Below are positions 1-11,110 of a stretch of 63,798 bases of DNA, piece after piece (position 1 is the stretch's first letter; every line of letters starts with the position of its first letter). The translations under genes were made by a program, and so were the position numbers. The notes below the pieces were generated by a model. The model did not search any database. It saw only the letters and a list, made by a program, of their open reading frames with translations, and was not told the DNA's origin. The DNA comes from Octopus bimaculoides (lineage: Eukaryota), in assembly GCF_001194135.2 (NCBI RefSeq), contig NC_068981.1, forward strand, positions 63,879,837-63,943,634, in the 5' to 3' direction.

Positions 1-280
1 ATATATATATACATACATATATATTTATGTACATATATATGTATATATATATATATATATACGTATATGTATATATATATATGTGTGTGTGTGTTTATAT
101 ATATACATATATATGTATGTGTATATATATATTTATAAATATATATTTATATATAAGTATATATAATATCAATACCAATAATATTAATAAAATAACTAAG
201 ATAATCTTACTCATTAATATTATTAGTATTGATATTATTGATATTGATGTTGTCACCTTCATCATAATTGTTTTCGTATA
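1..280. repeat. (TA)n/(TG)n compound microsatellite grading into AAT-rich cryptic repeat
   Basis: Direct reading: atatatatat...gtgtgtgt...aatattaataaaata. Confidence 0.95.
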
Positions 281-1268
281 ACACATTACTCTGCAAAATT
301 ACAGTAGTCCTCTATATTTTAATTTACCTTAATGCTAATTTTACAAACTTTAATTTTAGCTAAATTTTAACCCTAACCCTTTTATTAGTTTAAATTTTAA
401 GACCTGACCAATCAAGTCAACCTGCATTCACAATTAATTTTCAACAACTTTAACTTGACATCAGCCCACTTGCAGCAACATCTCTAAATCTATCAGTATT
501 TATATCTCGATAATATAAGCTTTAATGACCTCTACAATATGTATAAAAATAATATCCTTTCACTCTCTTACATTATCCCTCCCCGCTATACTAGATTAAA
601 AACTGAATATTACTGTCTTAGACTGATCCATGTCCATGAAAACACCATATAAAATTTCAACACAATGGCTGGAGAATATTTAATTTATATACAATGCTAA
701 TATGGTAATGGGTACTGACCTATGTTTAGACTGTCCCTCTTCCAAATTTAGCCATACAATGCCCCTCTTTCAACTAAGTGACTCCTGTACCACTCCCTTA
801 CTTTCTTCCACCCCTTTGTATCCTGTCTTCCTCTGTTCTCTATTCTACTTGAATATCTCAATCTTCCCCCACCTTCCCCACACAATGACCATTCCTCAAG
901 TGCTCTGCTTGTTATATCCAGAAATGGCTCTGACGAAAGTAGCATTAATTTTGTTAGGTCGTTCAATTTACCTCAATTGATTAATAGACCAACTGAATAA
1001 ACCTATGAATAATGTACCTATAATGACTACTGGAAACTAGAAACAGCTGTAAGCCAAATTTGCTCCAATAAAGGAATATGTAATGGCCTTTATTTTACTT
1101 ATATATATATATATATNNNNNNNNNNNNNNNNNNNNNNNNNNNNNNNNNNNNNNNNNNNNNNNNNNNNNNNNNNNNNNNNNNAATATAAATAATATATAA
1201 ATATATGCATATATCCATACATATATGTACATACCTACATCTATATCTCTATTTATATATATGCATAT

Positions 1269-1520
1269 ATGAGTACAGGACATCAAAAATCCTTAAACAC
1301 AATGAGAAACGAAAACAGAAAACGAACTTTTTTCGAACAACGAAAAAAACAAACAGAGAAACGAAACATGCAACATAAAGAGTATACCCCTTCGTCAGTT
1401 CTCCCTGTTTCATCTACACCGCGTTTCGAAGGCAAGGACAATACGCGACTTTGACTGTTGAAACAGTCCTTCCCGCAAAGCAAATTAAATAAAATTTGGG
1501 ATTTTTTGCGCAAGGTAAAA
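1269..1520. mobile_element. Non-autonomous dispersed repeat, possibly PLE-derived
   Basis: Minus strand carries CCTTC-GAAAC-GCGG and CTGACGA-AGGGG, hammerhead-like boxes in non-canonical order; no ORF. Confidence 0.3.
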
Positions 1521-1784
1521 GTGTTAACAAGAACAGGACAGTGAGAACAAGACAGTAGCTACTATATAGGTTTTAAACAACTGACCGTGAGGGGGTAGAT
1601 CTGCAAATAGATCTGTGAATTGTTTTCGAGAATTTGTTGCAATTGCTTCCTCCATCCAGAGTCATATCCCAATGATGATCATATTCGTCGCATGTATGTA
1701 TGTATATATGTATGTATATAAACTGAATGAAGACTGTCGTATGTGTGTGTGCGCATGTGTATATGAATGTGTGCGCGTGCGTTT

Positions 1785-1985
1785 TTGTCTTTCTGTCTGC
1801 GTTTCTCTAGCCAAATTCTTTTAGGTTCCCGTAACTTAGCGGTTCGGCGAAAGAAACCGATAGGATAAGTACCGGATTTTAACAAAAAACGTCATGGGGC
1901 CGGTTTGTTCCACTAAAAACCCTTCAAGGTGGTGCTGCAGCATGGCTACAGTCGAATGACTGAAACAAATAAAAGAATAAAAAAA
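1785..1985 (+). mobile_element. SINE family B, 3' half
   Basis: cccgtaacttagcggttcggc..gatag(g)ataagtac..gtgctgcagcatggctacagtcgaatgactgaaacaa+taaaaga tail, matches copies at 28810, 42865, 55040, 59352. Confidence 0.85.
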
Positions 1986-2008
1986 TATTTTATGTATATA
2001 TATTATAC

Positions 2009-2039
<31 letters not shown>

Positions 2040-2280
2040 TGTATGTGTGTACGTACATACTTAAACGCATGCAAACCTACGTGTATATCATAAATAGTAT
2101 GTTGTTGGAATATCTGTTCGTGTTTACTAATCAATTAAAGCTATAATTTGTTCATTTATCTAGCATCAACAAATTAATTCTTTTAAAGAATTGCTCACAC
2201 TGGCCACCACTGGTCCCTAGGCTACCGTGGTTTAATCTATCGTATGGTACTTTATTGAAATATTGCTCTTTTAGGTGGTT

Positions 2281-2420
2281 CATAGGCAGACATGTTAGAT
2301 CGTCGGCCAATTACGTTTTCTGTAGCTGTTTTAATGTATTTTTATTCTGAGTTCAAATAACACCAAAATCAATTTTGCCTTTCACCATTCTAGAACCGAT
2401 AAATAAAATGCTATTCATGC
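2281..2420 (+). mobile_element. SINE family A, degenerate
   Basis: ttctgagttcaaat..ttttgcctttca..gataaataaaa motif shared with about 18 copies. Confidence 0.65.
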
Positions 2421-3684
2421 ACTGGAGTTTAGATTTTTCTGAGTTTGTCTTTTCCTAACTCTCTTCGGCAATAATTTACTTCACGCTGAGAGAAGGGCCG
2501 TGGGGTTAGAAGAACGAGAACCTTTTCTCAAGAAAAGGAGAAAGTTTTAACGAGGTGCTATCAAACTTTTCTCATAGGAAAATTTCACGTAGCAGAATAA
2601 TATTAATTGATGGTAATTTGGTTGCGATTTCTAGAAAATCAGAAAGGCTAAATCTGGGGTCCCAACAACAAGAACTAATGCAAAATACCGCAGTTATTAG
2701 ATCCCAAATAAATCGTACAATTTCCAAAGTAGAAAAGATGGTTAACCATATGATTAAAGTTTCTAACAAAAATAACTAAGAATTTTATAGAAATATAGAA
2801 ATTTCGTAATAGTAAACACAGAAGATATTTTTGGTGCGGTTGTAATTATACTGAGGTAGGTAGCCATAGATGGAACTTACTGAAGAAAAACTTACCTACA
2901 GCACGGATCGATAAAACTATATGGAACGTTATCAGCGATCGAGGGATTTACAGAATCCATCACAGAAGATTATGGTATTGAATTACAGAGACAGCCGAGC
3001 AAATCTAAAGGAAATTACGACTGAAGTAGTCGCTATTCCAGCAGGACCCTATAAATATATATATGTGTATATATATGCATGTAATATATGATGAATGTCA
3101 TTTATATATATATATATATATATATATATNNNNNNNNNNNNNNNNNNNNNNNNNNNNNNNNNNNNNNNNNNNNNNNNNNNNNNNNNNNNNNNNNNNNNNN
3201 NNNNNNNNNNNNNNNNNNNNNNNNNNNNNNNNNNNNNNNNNNNNNNNNNNNNNNNNNNNNNNNNNNNNNNNNNNNNNNNNNNNNNNNNNNNNNNNNNNNN
3301 NNNNNNNNNNNNNNNNNNNNNNNNNNNNNNNNNNNNNNNNNNNNNNNNNNNNNNNNNNNNNNNNNNNNNNNNNNNNNNNNNNNNNNNNNNNNNNNNNNNN
3401 NNNNNNNNNNNNNNNNNNNNNNNNNNNNNNNNNNNNNNNNNNNNNNNNNNNNNNNNNNNNNNNNNNNNNNNNNNNNNNNNNNNNNNNNNNNNNNNNNNNN
3501 NNNNNNNNNNNNATATATATATATATATATACATGTATACACACACACATTTCAATTAATGAAATGTCACGTATATAATGATACACAGGCACGCGCACTT
3601 TCAAACCTACGTATATACACATACTCACACACACATGTATATTTATATATATTCATACATATATGTATGTACATAAAGATGTAC

Positions 3685-3738
<54 letters not shown>

Positions 3739-3841
3739 TCAAATATAAATATGATTCCAATCAAATATCAGTGTAGTCATACCTGATTTCATATACATGC
3801 ATACACACACACATACACACACACACACACACCCACACACA

Positions 3842-3878
<37 letters not shown>

Positions 3879-3956
3879 ATATACATTTAAATATATACAC
3901 ATATAGATTATATGTGTGTATATATATATGCATATATATATATGTGTGTATGTATG

Positions 3957-3993
<37 letters not shown>

Positions 3994-4603
3994 GCGAAGC
4001 ACACGGTCAAAAGCTGGATTATGCACTTGACGTGTAGTCAAGTGCGTTGGCTGTAGCTAAAAACTGGAACTAAATTACCTCTCGCACATGGTTTAACCCA
4101 AGAGAGTATACGATGCCGAATGAAGTTTTGTGCAAGAAAACTTTTATAATCTCCAAATATGTGTGCCGTATCAGGGGAGAGGGGAACCTGGGGTTGCTCT
4201 AAGTTCTTCCAATACAGCTTTACTACGTCGTATGAATATCTGAGTATGTGTGTGTGTGTGTGTGTATTTTCTCATCTATTTTTAATCATTTGACGTGTTT
4301 CTGTAGGGAAGGAGTTACTTTCTAACACAATATTTGGAATGCATATGGCAGCATAATGTGTATATGTACACCTCACCTAACACACGCATACGCATACGCA
4401 CACGCACACGCACACACATATAGATGTAGAGTGAAGGAGATAAATATCGATGCATATATAAGTATATATATGTGTAATATAATATATATTATACATATTA
4501 TATTATATATATATGAATTATATAATTTATATATATATATATATATATAGATAGATACATTATTTACATTTGACGGATATTCGTCCTCATCTTGTTTGTT
4601 GTT

Positions 4604-4653
4604 AACACAACGTTTCGGCTGATATACCCTCGGCTGATATACCCTCAGGTGTC
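4604..4653 (-). ncRNA. Disrupted minimal type-I hammerhead ribozyme in PLE pLTR
   Basis: GACAC-CTGA..[GGGTATATCAGCCGA]x2..AA-CG-TT-GTGTT: stem I GACAC/GTGTT, GAAA box, palindromic ACGT helix III; 5' box replaced by a 15-bp duplication. Confidence 0.7.
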
Positions 4654-4730
4654 TTGGGGAAATTTCGAACCTGGGTTCTCATTCCTATCGATGTTACTAT
4701 TATTATTATATTATTATTATTATTAATCAT

Positions 4731-4802
4731 GTCGCTGCCGTGAATCGAACTCGGAACCTTGGGGTTAGTAGCCCGCGCTCTTAACCACTACGCCATATGC
4801 CC
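4731..4802 (-). ncRNA. tRNA-derived Pol III cassette (pseudo-tRNA, anticodon loop CT-ACT-AA) inside PLE 3' region
   Basis: GGGCATA-TGGCGTAGTGG(A box)-TTAAGAGCGCGGGCTACTAACCCCAAGGTTCC-GAGTTCGATTC(B box)-ACGGCAGCGAC; acceptor stem does not pair, so not a functional tRNA. Confidence 0.75.
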
Positions 4803-4831
4803 GTGGGCAATTATGGGGTGAATTTTAAGGC

Positions 4832-5533
4832 TTATAAATCTATTATTTTTCTATCCTTCCTCAATACCGGTTCCNNNNNNNNNNNNNNNNNNNNNNNNNN
4901 NNNNNNNNNNNNNNNNNNNNNNNNNNNNNNNNNNNNNNNNNNNNNNNNNNNNNNNNNNNNNNNNNNNNNNNNNNNNNNNNNNNNNNNNNNNNNNNNNNNN
5001 NNNNNNNNNNNNNNNNNNNNNNNNNNNNNNNNNNNNNNNNNNNNNNNNNNNNNNNNNNNNNNNNNNNNNNNNNNNNNNNNNNNNNNNNNNNNNNNNNNNN
5101 NNNNNNNNNNNNNNNNNNNNNNNNNNNNNNNNNNNNNNNNNNNNNNNNNNNNNNNNNNNNNNNNNNNNNNNNNNNNNNNNNNNNNNNNNNNNNNNNNNNN
5201 NNNNNNNNNNNNNNNNNNNNNNNNNNNNNNNNNNNNNNNNNNNNNNACAGACTAGACAGTTTATTGGTTTCATCCTCTCTTTTCTTCATAATTGGAGTAG
5301 ATAGTATGTTCTTGGGGTAGTTGTTTCTTAATAGATTGTTACTGAGCTTGATCATTTCCTCGTGGTGGGTATCACGATCGCTACTTATATTCTTTGCTCG
5401 GTGTTTTAGGCACTGAGCAATTCCTCTCTTTACACTGTATGGATGGTGGGAATTGAAGTTAAGGTATCGTCCAGTGAATGTTGGCTTGCGATATACGGAT
5501 GTCCTGAATCCATACTCGGTGCGTGTTATTATT
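4832..5533 (-). pseudogene. Penelope RT C-terminal/thumb-linker fragment; GIY-YIG region presumably hidden in gap 4875-5246
   Basis: IITRTEYGFRTSVYRKPTFTGRYLNFNSHHPYSVKRGIAQCLKHRAKNISSDRDTHHEEMIKLSNNLLRNNYP (PLE VYRKPT..YL.F.S.HP..K..RA..N.YP signature); ORF end EPVLRKDRKIIDL* at 4832. Confidence 0.9.
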
Positions 5534-6237
5534 TTTGTGTTAACAACAAACAAGATGAGGACGAATATCCGTCAAATGTAGATAATGTAAATAATGTAAA
5601 TAATTCCTCATCTCTTAAATATAGAACTAGATAGATAGATGTAATGGATACAAATCAATTTCTTGATTAATCAACGTACTAATAAATTAATTTCTATCCT
5701 TCATACCTCTCTGCTTTCTAACTCAATAAAAATGCTTGATATCTTACGATATTCGATATAATATATTCATTGAAGGATTTTCTCTTCAAAATTTAATATA
5801 TTAAACCAGTGTATGTTGGATAAATATCCCTACAAGAAGTTTGAATATCCTCATTGCGAATCCATCTGTTTGTTTGTCTGTCTGTCTGTCTGTCTCTGTC
5901 TGTCTCTGTCTGTCTGTCTGTCTCTCCCTCTCTCTCTGTCTCACACTCTCTAATTAACTGTATATATGTGTGTGCTAGAAATGTTGTTAGAGTACTAGAA
6001 GTGGGATTTTTAAATGGATACGATCTGCTGAACTCCGAAGATAAGTTGGATGACTGTCCGAACCCTGTAAGAAACAGAATGCTATGCTTCTACTTTACAC
6101 TTACAGACTTTTTGATAGGCCAACGTAAAGGCTGTCTTCAGGAGCTGGTTGTTGATGTTATTGTTATTCAGCTCTACACTATTTCGAATTGAGCAGCTAT
6201 GCGATATGTGTGAAGTTGACTTATCGACTACATACCG

Positions 6238-6580
6238 CAGGGGTCGGCAAACCGGGGTAAATTAGCACGAGTTGGGTAAAAATGAAATTCTTTGAGGTAA
6301 TGAGGACTCAGTAGACATAAGTAAAATTATATAAAAAAATGTGTTCCTTGTTACACCAGAAATTTTTCTTGTGGTATGAAGAGGCAGTCAAAAAGTTGCT
6401 GCCCTTTTCAAAAACCTACCTTTACAAACAAGGATTTTCCACTTCACTGAACATAAAAACAAAGCAGTATAATCGATTGAACCCTGAAGACTGTATCTAA
6501 ATTGTTCTGGCTTCAAAATGCCCCAATTTCGATGTAATTGCAATAAAAATGAAACATCATTTCTCCAAAGCCTGAAGTGA
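6238..6580 (+). mobile_element. hAT (Charlie/Buster-type) internally deleted transposon: left TIR joined to dimerisation-domain remnant
   Basis: TIR CAGGGGTCGGCAAAC at 6238; translation EAVKKLLPFSKTYLYKQGFSTSLNIKTKQYNRLNPEDCI*IVLASKCPNFD matches hAT C-terminal LLPF.TTYLCE.GFS...IKTK.RNRL; no right TIR found. Confidence 0.85.
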
Positions 6581-6684
6581 AAACGTTTCTAGAAAAATCC
6601 TTATGTTTCATAATAAGGATATTAATTTATTTTATCGTATTTGTTTTATATTTTTTATATTTATAATTGCATTTTCCCTATTAA

Positions 6685-7300
6685 TATTGGGTCCTCCCAT
6701 AAATAATGCGGTTTTTTAATATTTCTTTTATTTTTCAAAACTACGATAAACAAAGTTCTTTTTTAATTTAAGATATACTCTCTTTCATTTTCTACAATGC
6801 TCTTACACCTATCTGGCAGACTTGCAAGGCCCCTCTTCCAAAATTCACTTGTTCGTGACGAAAAATACTCCACTACTACTGTTCTGACTCGTCAACAGAA
6901 TTCATATTTTTTCCGCCCGAATGATTTTGAAGACTGCAGAATAAATGATAACCAGATGGAGCAATGTCCGGCGAATATTGTGAGTGGGGCATCGTTTCCC
7001 ATTCAAACCGTTCCAGCCTTAGCAATGTCATTCTCGCTGTATGTGGCTGAGCATTATCTTGATGGAAGAACACCTTTTGTCTTTAAATCAAAGATGGTCA
7101 GAAAGTTTGTGAGGAACACATTGACCCAATGTACTAACTTTTCCGATGGCATGCAGGTGTCAATGAATGGTTGAATGACCAAATCCAAGCTTCTCTGCTA
7201 GTTCCTCAAAAATTACGATGGGACTTTGTTCCACCAGGGTTTGCAGGACGTCCTCGTCGAGCTCTACAGATCTTTCAAAAACGTTCAGAGTAAACCGTGT
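6685..7300 (-). mobile_element. mariner (DD34D) remnant with internal deletion
   Basis: EELAEKLGFGHSTIH..GQCVPHKLS then HQDNAQPHTAR..HSQYSPDIAPSGYHLFCSLQNH; TIR-like tattgggtcctcccataaataatgcggtttttt at 6685. Confidence 0.9.
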
Positions 7301-7517
7301 TCCACGTGAGAAATTGTACCAGTATTCAAAGTTTCAAACTGTTTGGTTAAAAAGTAAATTAATTTTAAAAAATCTGTGATTGAGATGGAATAGATCGAAA
7401 GGAAAAGAAACGAAACAAAACGAAGTTGCAGATTTACCTTACATTTTTATATTTCGGGGTTATAACCGCCACTTCAGCGAATTTGGAAACGGCGAAGGAT
7501 GGCAAAATCGGTGCTCA

Positions 7518-7700
7518 GATGTTTCAAATTTTGGCATAGTGCCAGCAATTTCGGGTGAGGGGATAAGTCGATTACATCGATCCCCAGTAAGCAACTAGTA
7601 CTTATTTTATTAACCCCGAAAGAATGAGAGGTAAAGTCGACCTCGACGGAATGTGATCTCACAACGTTAAAGCGGCAAGAAATAAGTTAAGGCAAGGAAT
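7518..7700 (-). mobile_element. SINE family A (A2 tail)
   Basis: tttcaaattttggca..agtcgattacatcgatccccagt..gtacttattttatt..aaagtcgacctcg. Confidence 0.85.
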
Positions 7701-8030
7701 TTGGATATGTTGTCAATCGATTAAATCGACAACATTACTTGATTTGTATTATGTGTTATTGAACTACGGTTAAATTTGAACTTAGGGAGCGAAGAGGAAA
7801 AGCAAAAAGAGGTCGCAGCTTGAATTTAATAAATTTTCTGGTTAACATCTGGTGAGTAATGAAATGTATCTGTTGGATGTCACGTAAAGTAGGGGTAAAT
7901 GGTGGTGGCACATAATGAATACCGAAACATCAGTTAAGGAGTAAATTTAAGCAAAGCAAAACTGTTTCATGACCGTGAAATCATTTATGGCTTTATGCAG
8001 CTTACATCCTGTCACATAGACACGCACACA

Positions 8031-8070
<40 letters not shown>

Positions 8071-8348
8071 CACACACATTCTCTTTCTCTCTCTCTCTCT
8101 CTCCTACTCTCTTTTTCTCGCTCTATCTATCTACCTTTTTTCTTTCTGTCTTTTTCTCTTTCTTTCCACCTCACCCTCTCCTTCTCTCTCTATTTCTCTT
8201 CCTCCCAACTCTCTTACCCCTCTGTCTTTCACTGAAAAATAAACAAAAGTATGCAAACACATACAAACGTATGCACACATACCTATCCTTAAGTACAGAT
8301 GTATTTGCAAATACTCACATGCATACACATTAATACATATGCATGCAT

Positions 8349-8381
<33 letters not shown>

Positions 8382-9269
8382 CATATGTATATATAAATGG
8401 GATAATTTTGGAGTAGCATTGTGTGGTATTACTTATAAGCAATTGGAGCAAACTATTGTCAGGCTGGAAGAATACGAAAAGATGCAAAGTAAGCTACAAA
8501 GAGAAATTGAAAAGAAAACAAAATTGCTGTTCTACCTTATTGCTGGTGAAATATAGAAATAAAAATAAAACTGCAACTATGTTGCGTTCCTGTTTTCTTT
8601 TCTTTTTGTTTTTGTAGTTTGTTTTCTACCCTCACGCATTATTCCGGCCTTGCACAACAAATCTCTTCATATATATATATATATATANNNNNNNNNNNNN
8701 NNNNNNNNNNNNNNNNNNNNNNNNNNNNNNNNNNNNNNNNNNNNNNNNNNNNNNNNNNNNNNNNNNNNNNNNNNNNNNNNNNNNNNNNNNNNNNNNNNNN
8801 NNNNNNNNNNNNNNNNNNNNNNNNNNNNNNNNNNNNNNNNNNNNNNNNNNNNNNNNNNNNNNNNNNNNNNNNNNNNNNNNNNNNNNNNNNNNNNNNNNNN
8901 NNNNNNNNNNNNNNNNNNNNNNNNNNNNNNNNNNNNNNNNNNNNNNNNNNNNNNNNNNNNNNNNNNNNNNNNNNNNNNNNNNNNNNNNNNNNNNNNNNNN
9001 NNNNNNNNNNNNNNNNNNNNNNNNNNNNNNNNNNNNNNNNNNNNNNNNNNNNNNNNNNNNNNNNNNNNNNNNNNNNNNNNNNNNNNNNNNNNNNNNNNNN
9101 NNNNNNNNNNNNNNNNNNNNNNNNNNNNNNNNNNNNNNNNNNNNNNNNNNNNNNNNNNNNNNNNNNNNNNNNNNNNNNNNNNNNNNNNNNNNNNNNNNNN
9201 NNNNNNNNNNNNNNNNNNNNATATATATATATATATATATAGGTTCAAATAAAGGAAAAAGACAAAAAA

Positions 9270-9540
9270 CAGCAACAAAAAACAACAATGTGAGGACGTG
9301 ATACAGATAGTGTTACTAGACGCTCGGGAAAGGAAAGAGAGAGAGAGATGTACTTGCATAGCAAGTGACCTGATCTGAGATCGTGTGCTGGAACGGAAAC
9401 AATTGCAGCGTCGAAGGTGCTTATAAGCCATTTAAAATAACACACAAAAACCGTTAGAATCACTTCAACATTTAAATTTAATTTGTCAAAATATTTTCGA
9501 CGCTTTGAGACCGCGACCTGTTCACTGACAAAGTTGTGTG
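9270..9540 (-). mobile_element. Non-autonomous PLE-like repeat with variant hammerhead
   Basis: Hammerhead-shaped motif at 9482-9532; ttcccgagcgt..taa tail resembles that of 28320-28490. Confidence 0.5.
9482..9532 (-). ncRNA. Minimal type-I hammerhead-like motif with altered core
   Basis: TTTGTCA-GTGAACA-G-GTCGC-ggtctcaaa-GCGTC-GAAA-ATAT-T-T-TGACAAA: 7-bp stem I, helix III palindrome AATATT; core GUGAACA instead of CUGANGA. Confidence 0.55.
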
Positions 9541-9579
9541 GTGCACAGAATTTTGTGCAGCACAAAATGTCGTATACAT

Positions 9580-9742
9580 ATTCTTTTATTCGTTTATTCC
9601 TTTACTTTTTTCAGTCATTTGACAGATCATGCTAGAGCATCACCCGAGGCTATAGTAGAAGACACTCGCGCAAGGTGCCATGCGGTGGGACTGAAACCAG
9701 AACCATGTGGTAGAGAAGCAAGCTTCTTATCACACAGCCACG
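9580..9742 (-). mobile_element. SINE family B, short form (head fused directly to tail)
   Basis: tggctgtgtgataagaagcttgct..ggtttcagtcccacc..ggcaccttgcgcgagtgtcttctactatagcctcggg then tgctctagcatga..gtcaaatgactgaaa. Confidence 0.8.
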
Positions 9743-10442
9743 TCAATGTAAATGTATGATTTATAGGTACATACACACACACTTGCATGAATGCATATCA
9801 AAATGCATGGATTGATAAATTGATACAAATGTGGCTGCATGTAAGAATGGATATCTTTACGCAATATGTGTCTGTGTATGTGTGTTGGTGGGGGCGTGTG
9901 TGTGAAGTGGAGAAGGAAGTAAAGATAGAGAGTAGAATGGGTGTATGTATATGGAATGGGTTTGATATAGAAGCAAAGAAGAAAGTGTCAGTGTGCTATG
10001 GGTATATCAATAATTGTTTTGGCAGATATATAATCATTTGTAGGAAAGGTCCACCTATGAATGCTCATAAAGGTCAAAATATTTGGAAGAAATAACAAAA
10101 CAACAATAACATTAAAAAATATTCATAGAAGCATGTAAAATAAAAAAAAATATAAAAAATTGTAATAAAAATAAAAATATAATACAACAAACAAAAACAA
10201 GTACGACAACGAAAAGCGAATACAGTGTTTTCCAGCTTAACCCTTGCATTAGCAAACAGCGGATTATAGATTATCTCGTTTCGAATGGTTAAGCCTATTA
10301 AACCCAGAACGGTGAGTATAAACAAAACAAAAAACAAAAAAAGGAAAGAAAATAAACAGAAACAAATATATATTGCATGGCCACATCAAAGTTTTAAAAA
10401 TGGCAAATAATAATAATTATAATAATAATAATAATAATAATA

Positions 10443-10473
<31 letters not shown>

Positions 10474-10497
10474 GGAGGAGGAGGAGGAGAGGAGGAG

Positions 10498-10628
10498 AGT
10501 TTCAAGTTTTGGCGCATGGGCAGCGAATTCAGGGAAGGGGCCTAGTCGATTAGATCAGCCCCCAGTACTCTGCTAGTACTTATTGTATCAACCTCGAAAG
10601 GATGAAAGGCAAAGTTAACTTCGGCAGT
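10498..10628 (-). mobile_element. SINE family A, 5'-truncated
   Basis: agtcgattagatcagccccagta..gtacttatt..gaaaggatgaaaggcaaagttaacttcggc. Confidence 0.85.
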
Positions 10629-10632
10629 AATG

Positions 10633-10706
<74 letters not shown>

Positions 10707-10724
10707 CATAATAATAATAATAAT

Positions 10725-10763
<39 letters not shown>
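10629..10763. repeat. (AAT)n microsatellite, continuing at 11115-11172
   Basis: Direct reading. Confidence 0.95.
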
Positions 10764-10764
<1 letters not shown>

Positions 10765-11110
10765 GAGCGTAAACCTTCGCGAAATCAACACCATCGTCCT
10801 CTCAACGATTAACGGGAGATAATTTTTAAAATGAGAAAATCTGAAATAAACTCGACTGCTCTCACAAACGAGAATACTAAAAATGAACCTGGTCGCTCTC
10901 CAAAATTAAGTAAAAAAAAAAAAAAAGAACAGAAAAAATAATCCAGAATCCTTGTCTAGTAGCGGATCGATCCCAAAATCTAATCAGTTCGTGCCAGTTA
11001 CGAGGCCAAACATCACTGAAAGTTTCATCCGAATCCATCCAGCCGTTCTTGTCCACGGACAAGCAAACAAACACCACTGAAAGCAATACCTCCGCCTTAG
11101 CGAAGGCGGA

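Larger units (their letters stand above)
4561..5632 (-). mobile_element. Penelope-like retroelement, 5'-truncated, with 3' pLTR and inverted pLTR-derived segment at the 5' end
   Basis: RT-thumb peptide plus hammerhead-type pLTR; 4565-4608 recurs in inverted orientation at 5537-5580. Confidence 0.9.

Noticed and set aside
369-380. aaccctaaccct (also ttagggttag at 54831)
   Set aside because: Only two telomeric units; expected by chance or as TE termini
702-980. ORFs on both strands; RGRQ..W motif hinting at a LINE tail
   Set aside because: Too degenerate to assign
5985-6237. CTGAAGA-CAGCC..GGCC on the minus strand as a hammerhead
   Set aside because: GAAA box and helix III are absent; at most a decayed pLTR
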